A stretch of DNA of 64,000 nucleotides from Candidatus Gastranaerophilales bacterium (GCA_944325875.1 CALVBU010000007.1:26438-90437); one strand, 5' to 3'; shown: positions 36,544 through 46,571, counted from the first letter of the stretch. The notes: generated from the sequence alone by a model not told the origin. Numbers and translations: made by a program.

Positions 36544-38094
36544 TTATGCGACTACAGCAGCTTGTTCCTTTTGTTTGCGGGCTTTGTATTTTGTCATTTT
36601 ATCGTTAATCATAGGTAGTAAAACTCCTAGAGTAATCGCTGAATATGCAAGTCCTGCAATATGAGCAGCATTAAGTTTCCAGATATTTTTCTTAGCAAAA
36701 TCTGCACCCTTTGCAGCGATTTCAGCATGAGTTTTTAAGCTTAAATCATTTAACCAATGTTTAAGACCTTTGCCATCCTTTTTAACATTGAAAAGATTTT
36801 TGCAATCTTTATCAAGCATATTTGCAACACCTTTTGCGGCAAAACCACCAAATACAAGCCAATTTAAGAATCCAAAATAATCACGAGTGACAGATTCTCT
36901 CAATTCAGTACTGTTATCAGCAGCAAGAAAACGACCTACAATAGTAGATGCGTAAACTGTTTTAATAGCATTACCGCTTGTAACAGGGCCTGTAAATTCT
37001 AATTTTTTCACAAAGTCTTTAGGATTTTTAACTCTCATTACAGCGACAACCATAGCAATCATACCTGCGCTTGCTGCAATCTTTTTAAGCCATAAATTTT
37101 TCTCTTTTTTAGGTTCTGCATTTTTTGCACCTGCAGTTTTTTGAGCATAATCAACATCACCTACAAAACCTTTTTTGCCTGTACGTTTTTCGGTAATTTT
37201 TCTATTAATATATTGGTTTGTAAGTCCAAGAGCAGAAGCTCCCGCCAAAGCTCCAAAAACTTTTATATTATTTACTTTACCGATTTTTTTCAAAGCAGAT
37301 TCAATATTTACGTCTTTATTTGCAAAAACTTTATGCCCCATATCATAAGTATCACGAAGAATATTTTCTAAAGTTGCACTAAGAGTATGTTCACCGATCT
37401 TTATCTGAATATCACGTTCAGCACCCAATGCATTTGAAATCCTAGCGTGCATAATTTTTAGTGCATTTTCTTTATCCTTTTGACTAATAGTCTTGTCATT
37501 AATTAATTGAGTCATTGTAGACACAATCCCATTTTTAGTTTTTAATCTTTCATCAAGATCTACAAAACCTGTATTATTCCAGAAAATTTTCTTCCAATTA
37601 TCTTGGTTATTCCATTCAACATTATTCCAATTAATATCTTTAAAATGTTTAATATTCTTATAATCACGGCCACCAAGATTATCAAAAACATTTTGAACAT
37701 ATTTTTCAACGTTATTATCCGCATTATCCCAAGCAGCTTTTAAAACATTTATAGAATCTTTTGAGAACCAAGTATTAGAGTTAATTTTAACTTCAGGCAT
37801 AACTCTTTTGTTTGCAATCTTAGCAATACCAATACCCAATAGTCCAGCAGATAAACAGTTAATAAATGTCCCGCTCAATTCACGGAAAAAAGTTTCAGCA
37901 CCAGCATCTTTATTTCTTGCTTTTGTATCGTAATATGTACGAGGTGCAACCATTGCACCAACATCTATTAATACAGCATTTGCCATTTCATTTGTATCAA
38001 GGAGTTTTAATCCGCTTGTTACGGCACTGTCTAAAAGTCCGTTAAAGTTTTGTTGTCTGTGTCTTATATCATAATTATTAACTGTTAAATTCAT
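36544..38094 (-). CDS. hypothetical membrane protein (516 aa)
   Basis: AAGGGA SD 6 nt upstream of the ATG. Several hydrophobic Gly/Ala-rich segments. N-terminus MNLTVNNYDIRHRQQNFNG. I recognise no family. Confidence 0.5.
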   Translation of the reverse strand: MNLTVNNYDIRHRQQNFNGLLDSAVTSGLKLLDTNEMANAVLIDVGAMVAPRTYYDTKARNKDAGAETFFRELSGTFINCLSAGLLGIGIAKIANKRVMPEVKINSNTWFSKDSINVLKAAWDNADNNVEKYVQNVFDNLGGRDYKNIKHFKDINWNNVEWNNQDNWKKIFWNNTGFVDLDERLKTKNGIVSTMTQLINDKTISQKDKENALKIMHARISNALGAERDIQIKIGEHTLSATLENILRDTYDMGHKVFANKDVNIESALKKIGKVNNIKVFGALAGASALGLTNQYINRKITEKRTGKKGFVGDVDYAQKTAGAKNAEPKKEKNLWLKKIAASAGMIAMVVAVMRVKNPKDFVKKLEFTGPVTSGNAIKTVYASTIVGRFLAADNSTELRESVTRDYFGFLNWLVFGGFAAKGVANMLDKDCKNLFNVKKDGKGLKHWLNDLSLKTHAEIAAKGADFAKKNIWKLNAAHIAGLAYSAITLGVLLPMINDKMTKYKARKQKEQAAVVA

Positions 38095-38120
38095 CTGATT
38101 CCCTTATCTGTTTATACGCT

Positions 38121-38150
38121 AAAAAATCCCGCCTAAAAATTATGCGGGAC
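38121..38150 (-). terminator. intrinsic terminator between the small ORF and the 516-aa gene
   Basis: The minus strand reads TCCCGC-loop-GCGGGA followed by TTTTTT. It ends 26 nt before the ATG at 38094. Confidence 0.65.
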
Positions 38151-38186
38151 CTAAAAAATTCTATAAATTTCACTGCTTAAAAAAAT

Positions 38187-38270
38187 CTAAACGCCAAAAT
38201 TCATACAAGTCCCGAAGTACTTGGATGTGGAGGAGGAGGTATTAGATTTTACAGTAAATAAATTCATCAT
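38187..38270 (-). CDS. unannotated 27-codon small ORF (MMNLFTVKSNTSSSTSKYFGTCMNFGV)
   Basis: Hand-translated. AGGA lies 6 nt upstream of the ATG, with its own promoter upstream and a terminator downstream. Too short to appear in the ORF track. Confidence 0.35.
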   Translation of the reverse strand: MMNLFTVKSNTSSSTSKYFGTCMNFGV

Positions 38271-38288
38271 AAATTTTCCTATGTACGT

Positions 38289-38318
38289 AGTATAAACCTA
38301 AAGAAAAATTTTTGTCAA
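38289..38318 (-). promoter_or_regulatory. promoter TTGACA-N18-TATACT driving the small ORF, and by read-through the 516-aa gene
   Basis: Reverse complement: TTGACA (38318-38313), 18-nt spacer, TATACT (38294-38289). Confidence 0.5.
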
Positions 38319-38394
38319 TAGTTAAAAAGAATTACCCACTTGAAATTAATTTATTTTTTATACAAAATAAAAGTTAAAAAGAAGGATTAACATT

Positions 38395-39198
38395 ATGCAT
38401 ATACCCCGTATAAGAAGTTCACAAGTCCGTGGAGCATTCCACAAACTCAGATGCGTTTACGCTAAAAAAGAACGCGCTGCTAAAAAGACTATTCCAGGAA
38501 TGTTATTGTTAGCACAATCTATAACAATGCCTGTACATGCGCCTGTAGCTAAAATGTCAAGATTAAGACCATCCGTAGCGACTGATGTATTTGAAAGCCA
38601 AAGTGCTGATTTCATACGTATTAGAAGTATGTTACAAAAAGTAGTTCCGGATATTTCTGATGATTTTGTTGGCCAAATAATAGAAACTTCAGAAAGAGTA
38701 AAATGTGAACCTGATGATTTAGCAGCACTTTTATATAGAGAATCTCAACTAAAACCTGATTCCAGAAATGGAAATTTTGGCGGGATTGGGCAAATGAACA
38801 AACACTCTCTTAGACTGAGTATTAATTTAGCTGATAAAGATGAATCTGCAAAAAAAGGCATAAGTTCAATTATGCTTGAAAAATTCTTATCACTACCAAG
38901 AGAAGAACAAATGCCTTATGTAAGAAACTACATTTTAGCAATGAAAAGTGTATATATCAGAAATATGGAAAAACATTTGAGTGGTGGCGAATTGTATGGA
39001 TTATTCTACACCCCAGGAAGAATTAATAAAAAATTCCTTTCAAGTGCAAATGATTCCGCTACTGCAAAATTATATGCTAGCAATAAAAAGCTTGATTATA
39101 ATAAAGACTCAAAAATTACAATAAAAGATTTACAACATATCATTGATAATGTTAAAGCAACTGATTTAAATATTAGTTATGCTGATGCTAAAAAGTAA
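38395..39198 (+). CDS. secreted protein with a possible SLT-type lytic transglycosylase core
   Basis: LYRESQLKPDSRNGNFGGIGQM resembles the E-S ... G-[LI]-[MG]-Q motif of family-1 lytic transglycosylases. GAAGGA SD. The family call is weak. Confidence 0.45.
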   Translation: MHIPRIRSSQVRGAFHKLRCVYAKKERAAKKTIPGMLLLAQSITMPVHAPVAKMSRLRPSVATDVFESQSADFIRIRSMLQKVVPDISDDFVGQIIETSERVKCEPDDLAALLYRESQLKPDSRNGNFGGIGQMNKHSLRLSINLADKDESAKKGISSIMLEKFLSLPREEQMPYVRNYILAMKSVYIRNMEKHLSGGELYGLFYTPGRINKKFLSSANDSATAKLYASNKKLDYNKDSKITIKDLQHIIDNVKATDLNISYADAKK

Positions 39199-40365
39199 TT
39201 ATTTCTTTAAATCAGCAGAATTTTTCAAATCCCAATGTTCAAAAATCTTTTTCATAATGCACTTGAATATTGTAATGTCAATTATATAATTTGAACTGCT
39301 TCCAGAATTTGGAATATTATGCATAAACCTTTCACAAATCATATGGTAATCCAAATCAAGCAAATCGACTGTCGTAACCATACAAGGGTTTACCCAATAA
39401 TGCCCAAAACATTCTACAAAAGTTGTGCCTTTTTTAGAATATAGAACGTTGGTAGAATTTGCCCCATGAGGTGTTACGAGAATATCAACATTCGCAAATA
39501 ATTTTATCTGTTCAAGAATAGAATATTTCTCAGGCACAATAACTTCAAATCCATGAGGTTTTAAGTAATCAATCAATTGATTTTCGTTTATAATTCTTCG
39601 AGTACCAATTCTTGAAACATAAATTCTCTTAGGAGAATTTTCATCAATAAGCGATCCGTGTCTTTCTTGAATTCTATCAACAATAAATTGACGAGTATCA
39701 TCAAGCCATTTCCCGCCTAAATCAATACCATAAAACTCATCAAACATATAAACTCTTTTAGCATGGATAACTTTATTAAAACCGCAAAAAATTATACGAT
39801 CTTCAGGAAAACCTAAAAGCTCCAAAAATTCTTTAGAAGAACCATCAGCATTTACCAAATATTTTCCTTTATACCCAAGCTTTTCCATTATCATAATTTT
39901 GGTAAGAACATCCAGCGTAAAATGCCAGTAATTCATCCCATTAGAAAAGCAAAGTTGGCATACTTCGTCTTCTTGCGTAACATTTTTACGCAAATTAATA
40001 GGTCTTCCAAAAGTTATACCATCTTCATCAACTCTTCTGTTTATCCCTGCAGACTCTTTAAGAGCATAAGGCGTTTTACCAACAAATTTATGTACAAACG
40101 CACAATTTGCAAAACAGGAAATTTCACAATCTTCAAAAGTAAATAAATCTATACCATAATCAAAAATATTTCTTCTAACTTCTCCTTGATTAAATTGCTT
40201 CATAAAATCTTCAGTCAGGATAAAGTTAAACATCCATCTGTAAAAATGACTTTTTTTAAGGGTAATAAACCTATTAATCTGTCTTTTAAACGGATAATTT
40301 CTGAAAAAATATTTTATTTCGAATTTTACTGATCTTATAAATTTGATAAACTTATTATTGTACAT
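39199..40365 (-). CDS. GT61/DUF563-type glycosyltransferase
   Basis: YWHFTLDVLTKI ... IYVSRIGTRRIINENQL ... ILEQIKLFANVDILVTPHGANSTNVLY pattern of the DUF563 (GT61) family. Confidence 0.65.
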   Translation of the reverse strand: MYNNKFIKFIRSVKFEIKYFFRNYPFKRQINRFITLKKSHFYRWMFNFILTEDFMKQFNQGEVRRNIFDYGIDLFTFEDCEISCFANCAFVHKFVGKTPYALKESAGINRRVDEDGITFGRPINLRKNVTQEDEVCQLCFSNGMNYWHFTLDVLTKIMIMEKLGYKGKYLVNADGSSKEFLELLGFPEDRIIFCGFNKVIHAKRVYMFDEFYGIDLGGKWLDDTRQFIVDRIQERHGSLIDENSPKRIYVSRIGTRRIINENQLIDYLKPHGFEVIVPEKYSILEQIKLFANVDILVTPHGANSTNVLYSKKGTTFVECFGHYWVNPCMVTTVDLLDLDYHMICERFMHNIPNSGSSSNYIIDITIFKCIMKKIFEHWDLKNSADLKK

Positions 40366-40412
40366 AATCTAAAACTATCATAAGAAATTTCTTTAAACAT
40401 CAACCTATTATA

Positions 40413-41291
40413 TTATTCTTGCTCAAACAGGTCATAAAAATGGAAAAACTGTAACGGAGCTTTCGGGGTTAAATTTTCTACAAATTGGATAAATTCTTTT
40501 TGCATTTGTATAACTTTTGCAGCCTTTGGCAAATCAGAAGAAAACTTATGCAAATAAATCCGATAATTTTCACCCTCTCTAATTGCACAAGCAAAATATA
40601 TAGGACATTCCATCATCTGAGCAAATTTAAATGTCCCGATAGGAAACATTACTTTATGACCAAAAAATTGAACCTCTGAATTTACACTGGTTTTTGAAAT
40701 TCTATCTCCTGCCATATAGACAATTTCACCATTAGAGAGTTTATCTTTAATTTCAATCGAAGTATCAATATTAATTTCTTCAACAGGATAGGTAGAAATT
40801 GAGGTATCTATTTTGATATTTTTTATAAAATTATTAAACACCTTACACTGATCAGCAGAAAGAAAAACATTTACATGCTGATTTGGATATTTATCTATAA
40901 AAGCTCGCATTATATCAATATTTCCAAGGTGAGAGCATATTATAAATATCCCTTTACTAAAATCATTTATCAAAGAATTTTTATCTTCTTCATTGTCAAA
41001 ATAAATCTTTTTATAATCATAATTTCCTGAAAAAACTTCCATCCTGTCAATTAAAGAATAAGAATACTCAAGGAAATGCCTAAATTGATTTATTATTGAC
41101 GGCTGTAAACCAATTATTGCAAGATTTTTTCTTGAACATCTTCTGGCTTCTTTTCCAAAAATAAAAGCGAAAAATGTAACAAAAAATGCAATAATTTTAA
41201 CAGCTTTTTTACCTAAAATTTTATAAATCTGCCAAGTAAGCCATAATCTTTTTTCACCTGCAGCCTGTTCTTTTAACTGGTACCATTTCAT
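40413..41291 (-). CDS. LpxL/HtrB-like lipid acyltransferase (APE-locus type)
   Basis: N-terminal TM segment and an HX4D motif (CSHLGNID). Overlaps the MMPL gene by 4 nt. Confidence 0.65.
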   Translation of the reverse strand: MKWYQLKEQAAGEKRLWLTWQIYKILGKKAVKIIAFFVTFFAFIFGKEARRCSRKNLAIIGLQPSIINQFRHFLEYSYSLIDRMEVFSGNYDYKKIYFDNEEDKNSLINDFSKGIFIICSHLGNIDIMRAFIDKYPNQHVNVFLSADQCKVFNNFIKNIKIDTSISTYPVEEINIDTSIEIKDKLSNGEIVYMAGDRISKTSVNSEVQFFGHKVMFPIGTFKFAQMMECPIYFACAIREGENYRIYLHKFSSDLPKAAKVIQMQKEFIQFVENLTPKAPLQFFHFYDLFEQE

Positions 41292-43393
41292 TTCACATCA
41301 TCTCCATAGTTAAAAAACAGACTAGAAAGATAAGATACTATCAAACCGGCTGATAAAACAAACCCTAGTGAACTAATTAATTTAAAACTGGTAAATGCAA
41401 GCAAAATAAAGGAAAAAACACTGGTTGCACAACTTAAAAGCACTGCATCGGAAGAATTTTTTACACCCCCTGCACGAAATACCGAATAATCAAGTCCAAA
41501 ACCTATTATCAAAAATATTGCCAATACATGGAATAAATTAATTTCCTGCTGACAAATACTTAAAAGACCTATTGCAAAAGCACCTGCCAATATAGATGGA
41601 GTCAAAATTTTTGCCGCAGTGCGGGGTCTGTAAATTACTGATAAAATACCAAATAAAAGTATAAAAACAGGTAAAAGCATTTTTAAACAAGCTAACCTGC
41701 ACTCTTTTATACGAGCTGAAACATCGTTTTGGACATCAACATACTGCCCGCCATTTTGGGTAATAATTTCAGGTCTGTTAAAATCATATAAAACCATAAC
41801 TGAGGTATTATCTGCGATTAGAAAATCAGAAAATAATGATTTTTGTTGATATTGTATAAAATCTTTCGGAGCGGACTCTTTCAACAAGTTCTGAATATCA
41901 TTTTTCGATAAAAATGTCGCGTATTTTTCCAAAGAATTTTTATACAAATCCTTACGCAATTCAAAATTTTTCATCTGCTGTTTTCTTGATGGAACAAACT
42001 TACTCAAAGCTTGATATTTAAACCCTTGTAAATTTCTCGCAATCCATTCTTCTTTTTGAAGCATATCCTGCGTATCACGACCTTTTACTACAGCAAAGGA
42101 AGTTTTTTTATTTCCACCTGTTATATTATTAAAAAGCTGTTCTGCTGAAAGTAATTTTTTAGACGGAACATACATATTTTTGATATTGTCATCAAATTTT
42201 AAGAAAAACATTCCACCTACTGCAATTAATAAAATAATTACAGCGAAAACTTTTTTAAATTTTTCACATACCGTAAAATTAATTTCTTTTGATTTATACT
42301 CCAAATTCAACAGAGGGTAAAACAATACAACAATTGAATATACACTAAAAAGCCCCGTCATTGTAAACACAGCAATCTGTCTTAACAACTCAACACCTGA
42401 AAATAAAAGTACACCAAATGCACTGACTGTTGTGAGCATACTGACAGTAAGACTTTTAAAAATCTTGGACAAATCTTTTTCAATAAAATAATGCAAAGAA
42501 TAGTCAATACAAATACCAATCAAAGTAGTTGAAAAAACAAAAGTCAAAACATGTATTGACGGAAAAATAATTGAAGTAAGAATATATCCGGATAATACTC
42601 CTAACCCCAAACTTATACCAATAGGAATTAAAAGTTTGAGATTTCTAAAATAAAAATAACATAATCCGATAACAAACAATGATGAAAGAATGCAAATTAT
42701 ATTAATTTCTTTCATAGATTTTGAACTGGCATAATAAGAATGAACAGGCGCACCTGTCAAATAAATTTGAACATCATCATTTGAAAGATTTGTTTGCAAA
42801 TCTACTAAATCCTTAACCTTTTTATTTAAAATATCAGGCGAAAGTGCCGTATCATTTTTCACTTTCAAAGTTAAAATCTTATAATACTTATCGTTGTAAT
42901 TTATATAATTTAAATCACCATCACCCAATGATTGTATATAATCCGTAAACAACATAAACGGATCTTGATTTAAAGGCAAAAGCATAAAACCGAAAGGATC
43001 ATATAATCTGCCAAAAGCCTCATTCACAACTTCATCATAATTATGGCGTTCAAGCTTCATAGAAGTTTTATTAGACAAAAGAGTTTTGTAATGTTTTTGA
43101 TAATCTTCAATCATTTTTGAAGAATCAAAATTCTGAATTTCAAAAGAATTTTTATCTAAAGAATTTGAAAATTCATCAATAATTTCAGAAGCCTTTGCCG
43201 AATCCTCAGATTGCGCAATAACATTAATTGTTGAAGAATATCTTCCGCTTAATTTTACTATTATTTCATCGGCAGAACTGTCGGAAAAGACCGCTTTTAA
43301 TATATTTGTCTCAGTTTTCACAGGATGAGTAAAAACAAATATCCCTGAAATAACAAAAATTATAATATACAAAATCCTTAAAAAATTTTTCAT
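41288..43393 (-). CDS. MMPL/RND-like membrane exporter (APE-locus type)
   Basis: 701 aa with two clusters of about 5-6 TM helices, each preceded by a large soluble loop. Adjacent to the LolA-like gene. Confidence 0.7.
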   Translation of the reverse strand: MKNFLRILYIIIFVISGIFVFTHPVKTETNILKAVFSDSSADEIIVKLSGRYSSTINVIAQSEDSAKASEIIDEFSNSLDKNSFEIQNFDSSKMIEDYQKHYKTLLSNKTSMKLERHNYDEVVNEAFGRLYDPFGFMLLPLNQDPFMLFTDYIQSLGDGDLNYINYNDKYYKILTLKVKNDTALSPDILNKKVKDLVDLQTNLSNDDVQIYLTGAPVHSYYASSKSMKEINIICILSSLFVIGLCYFYFRNLKLLIPIGISLGLGVLSGYILTSIIFPSIHVLTFVFSTTLIGICIDYSLHYFIEKDLSKIFKSLTVSMLTTVSAFGVLLFSGVELLRQIAVFTMTGLFSVYSIVVLFYPLLNLEYKSKEINFTVCEKFKKVFAVIILLIAVGGMFFLKFDDNIKNMYVPSKKLLSAEQLFNNITGGNKKTSFAVVKGRDTQDMLQKEEWIARNLQGFKYQALSKFVPSRKQQMKNFELRKDLYKNSLEKYATFLSKNDIQNLLKESAPKDFIQYQQKSLFSDFLIADNTSVMVLYDFNRPEIITQNGGQYVDVQNDVSARIKECRLACLKMLLPVFILLFGILSVIYRPRTAAKILTPSILAGAFAIGLLSICQQEINLFHVLAIFLIIGFGLDYSVFRAGGVKNSSDAVLLSCATSVFSFILLAFTSFKLISSLGFVLSAGLIVSYLSSLFFNYGDDVK

Positions 43394-43411
43394 AACCCTT
43401 CCACTATAAGA

Positions 43412-43936
43412 TTAATAAGCAGAACATTCGGAAAAAGTTATTTTCATATTACCGCTTCTTGGAGTTTTAATATCAATTTGTTCAATATATTTTCCACCTG
43501 CAATAATAATTGATTCCATAATTCCGCTTGCTCTGGATGCCACCTTAGGTTTGAGTGCCAAACGCCATGACACCCCATTTCGAATATAAAATAATTCAAA
43601 ATTATTATTCAAATAAGTATAATCTTTTCTTGCAATTGCTGCAATCAAAGCTCCGAGCCTTTTATCTTTATCGGTTGCATAAACCGCCGTATTAACTACA
43701 GGATATAAAGTTTCAAAAACGACACCTGATGACGCATTAAATCGAAACTTTCCACCTGATTCAATAACAGTCTGAGTGCTTGGTATCGTTTTATTTTGAG
43801 TAAACTTGCAAGATACAGCTCTATATTGCGGAATAAAAACACTTTCAGGCCTTGCAAGATGTTGGAAAATCAAATCTTGCGCCATCGCACTTCCGCCTAA
43901 GAAAATCCCCAGAACTAAGATTAAAACTTTTTTCAT
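43412..43936 (-). CDS. LolA-like outer-membrane lipoprotein carrier family protein
   Basis: Signal peptide MKKVLILVLGIFLGGSAMAQD. About 170 aa, with the size and context typical of the APE-locus LolA-like protein. Confidence 0.6.
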   Translation of the reverse strand: MKKVLILVLGIFLGGSAMAQDLIFQHLARPESVFIPQYRAVSCKFTQNKTIPSTQTVIESGGKFRFNASSGVVFETLYPVVNTAVYATDKDKRLGALIAAIARKDYTYLNNNFELFYIRNGVSWRLALKPKVASRASGIMESIIIAGGKYIEQIDIKTPRSGNMKITFSECSAY

Positions 43937-43938
43937 AA

Positions 43939-44352
43939 TTAAAGATTACAACAAGCAAGTTTATCTTTCAAACGTTTTGGAGCAGAATATACACTCTCAC
44001 CTGTAGATGTATCAACACAAATCTGCATAGATTTAGCTTTAAATAACTTTTCCCCGGTATCAGCATCAAAAATTATATACTTAATAATCATACACGGTTC
44101 TATTTCTTCTAATTTGGATACAACCCTTAACTTTTGGTTAAAGACACAAGATTTTATAAATTTTAACTCCATATTAGCTATAGGATAAGCAATTTTATCT
44201 TCTCTCATAGAGTCGTAATCATATCCGATTTTAGCAAGCAAATCACATCTTGCAGCTTCAAGATATTTTATATAATTTCCATGCCAGACGATATTCATAG
44301 GATCCAAATCATAAAATTGTACAGTAATAAACGTCTCAGCTTCAATATTCAT
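43939..44352 (-). CDS. 4HBT/YbgC-type hotdog thioesterase
   Basis: FYDLDPMNIVWHGNYIKYLEAAR motif, 137 aa. Confidence 0.75.
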   Translation of the reverse strand: MNIEAETFITVQFYDLDPMNIVWHGNYIKYLEAARCDLLAKIGYDYDSMREDKIAYPIANMELKFIKSCVFNQKLRVVSKLEEIEPCMIIKYIIFDADTGEKLFKAKSMQICVDTSTGESVYSAPKRLKDKLACCNL

Positions 44353-44377
44353 ATAACCCGCCCTTTTATAAAATTGC

Positions 44378-45919
44378 TCACTTTACAAATATACCAGAAG
44401 AAAATATTTTGTCATCAGCCACATAGGTAAATTCAACAGATTTTTCTTTATTGATTAATTTTAAAGTGACTCTATTATCAGGTCGCATAATGTTAGAAAA
44501 TTTAACCTTTTTAACTTCTTCTTGAGAAAGCTCTATACCAAAAACATCTTCTGCAAAAAATCTTGCATAATAAAGCTGTATTACCCCCGGAATAATTGGA
44601 GTAATGTCAAAATGACCTTTTAAGAAGTTTGAATTTTTCCTAAATAAAATTTCAACCTCTGCTTGAGATTCGCTTATATGTCTTGAATATACGGAAGGAT
44701 ATGACAAATTAGACCCGAAAATTTTATTCAGCTTAACTTTATCTATTTTACCACTTACAGTTCTTGGAATTTCATCCAAAATTCTCCATTTTTTAGGCAA
44801 AATTTCACTGAAATTTGATAAATATTTTTTCAATTCCGAAGGTTTCACTTCAGGATTATGAGAAGCTACAGCGCAACATAACTTGTCTGCATAGGCAAAA
44901 CAATAGCATTCTTGAACATCCTTATGTTTGGATAAATTATTTTCCAACTCATCGAGAGAAATCCTTTTTTCAAGAATTTTCACAATTCTGTCTACTCTTT
45001 TTTTCAAAACAAATTTTGACTCTGATTTTTTTTCAATAACATCGTTTAAGACCATCTTATCAGCAGGGAAAAACTCAGATTTTACAGTAATCCTTCCATC
45101 TTCATCAGGATAAACTTCCACCCCGCCCATAACGGTAAATACATCTCCACCGCATTTGTAAGCAATGTTACCTGTTTCAGTACTTCCATATATATCAACA
45201 ACTTTGGCAAATTTTGCAAAATAAGAATAAATTTCCTCTTTTAATTTTGCCCCAGCAAGAAAAATTATCTGCGGAGAATTTTCAAAAGCGAAATCATACT
45301 TTGCAAGTTTTTCCATAAACGAAGGAGTAGAAATAAAAATATACTTATCTTCAATATCTAATTGTTCAGGATATTCTATTTTCTTACGATTAATTTTATA
45401 ATCCCCTGCAAAAGGTAACATAAAATTAAACGTCATCCCAAAACTATGAGCAGATGATGTCGTAGAAACAACCGTCATATTTGGCTCAAGATTAAAATCC
45501 TTAATTGTAAAAAGAGCTTCAGTTTCCATACTATAAAGTGTTTTGCTAATATTTTTAGGAACACCTGTAGAACCTGAAGTAAAAAGATTTATATCTATAT
45601 TTTTCGCATCAAAATCCCCTTCAAACTCTCCGTCACAAGGGCTGTAATCAGATGGTAAAATATAATCAAAATCCAACTGTTTGAGACGATTTTTATCAGT
45701 TAGAAAGAACATTTTTTTATGAGCAAAAACAGAAGCAAAAAAATTGACAGAAAAATCTAAATAATCATCACAAAATAATACAACATTTTGAATCTCACTT
45801 TTTTCAAACTCCAATTTTTGACCCAATACGAGCCTTTTAAACTCTCCAAAAGTCACGTCCGGATTAATAAAAAGAAGTTGATTATCATTTTCGTGTGTAA
45901 AAAATTTTTCTAAAATCAT
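44378..45919 (-). CDS. acyl/aryl-AMP ligase fused to a C-terminal FabA/FabZ-like hotdog dehydratase
   Basis: AMP-binding motifs FTSGSTGVPK and YGSTETG. The C-terminal ~120 aa carry LKGHFDITPIIPGVIQL (hotdog dehydratase His motif). Confidence 0.75.
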   Translation of the reverse strand: MILEKFFTHENDNQLLFINPDVTFGEFKRLVLGQKLEFEKSEIQNVVLFCDDYLDFSVNFFASVFAHKKMFFLTDKNRLKQLDFDYILPSDYSPCDGEFEGDFDAKNIDINLFTSGSTGVPKNISKTLYSMETEALFTIKDFNLEPNMTVVSTTSSAHSFGMTFNFMLPFAGDYKINRKKIEYPEQLDIEDKYIFISTPSFMEKLAKYDFAFENSPQIIFLAGAKLKEEIYSYFAKFAKVVDIYGSTETGNIAYKCGGDVFTVMGGVEVYPDEDGRITVKSEFFPADKMVLNDVIEKKSESKFVLKKRVDRIVKILEKRISLDELENNLSKHKDVQECYCFAYADKLCCAVASHNPEVKPSELKKYLSNFSEILPKKWRILDEIPRTVSGKIDKVKLNKIFGSNLSYPSVYSRHISESQAEVEILFRKNSNFLKGHFDITPIIPGVIQLYYARFFAEDVFGIELSQEEVKKVKFSNIMRPDNRVTLKLINKEKSVEFTYVADDKIFSSGIFVK

Positions 45920-46320
45920 TTTTGATACTTATTCCTCAAAACTATTCTTATAATATATTCAACCGCAAACATAGTTCCAATTGCAATATATGAAATACAT
46001 CCGTTATAAATTGCCCAAAAATGTTCCGACATAAATACCGACACAATAGAAATTGTAAGATTAATAAACATAAACACACACCATACATAAGTCAAACGGC
46101 GTGTATAGACTCTAGTAAAATCGTCAAGTTCTTTTCCTTCCAACGCCTTAGCAAATTTTTGTATCACAGTTTCTTTTGCAAAAACAGAAGAAAAGAAAAC
46201 TAAAAACACAGTTAAATTCGCCATTACAGGGTATAACTTTACTGCAAAAAACTGCGTATAATGGAATACCACAATTACAGTCAAAGTTAATAAAAAAGGC
46301 AATAAAAACTTAATTTTCAT
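45916..46320 (-). CDS. small 4-TM membrane protein conserved in position within APE-type loci
   Basis: 134 aa, four hydrophobic segments, with 4-nt overlaps on both sides. Confidence 0.5.
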   Translation of the reverse strand: MKIKFLLPFLLTLTVIVVFHYTQFFAVKLYPVMANLTVFLVFFSSVFAKETVIQKFAKALEGKELDDFTRVYTRRLTYVWCVFMFINLTISIVSVFMSEHFWAIYNGCISYIAIGTMFAVEYIIRIVLRNKYQK

Positions 46321-46571
46321 TCCAATAATTCTTCAATAGCATCTACAACATCACCGACAGTATGAATTTTCTTAAAATTTTCAGGTGCAATTTTCTTATC
46401 GGTAAAATACTGAAGTTTTACTGCCAAATCAACAGCATCAATACTATCAAGCTCCAAGTCTTCAAACAAATTTGCTTCAGGATTGATTAAACTCTCATCG
46501 ATTTCAAAATCATCGACAAGAATCTCTGTTAACTTATTTACAATTTCTTCATGTGTAAAATTCTTACTCAA
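46317..46571 (-). CDS. acyl carrier protein
   Basis: 84 aa. LELDSIDAVDL phosphopantetheine-attachment motif. Confidence 0.85.
   Translation of the reverse strand: MSKNFTHEEIVNKLTEILVDDFEIDESLINPEANLFEDLELDSIDAVDLAVKLQYFTDKKIAPENFKKIHTVGDVVDAIEELLE

Noticed and set aside
38187-38270. The 27-aa Ser/Thr/Cys-containing sORF as a RiPP precursor for the radical SAM/SPASM enzyme.
   Set aside because: The nearest radical SAM gene is more than 13 kb away on an unrelated transcription unit. The sORF has its own promoter and terminator and sits as a leader to a membrane protein gene. There is no adjacent protease or transporter.
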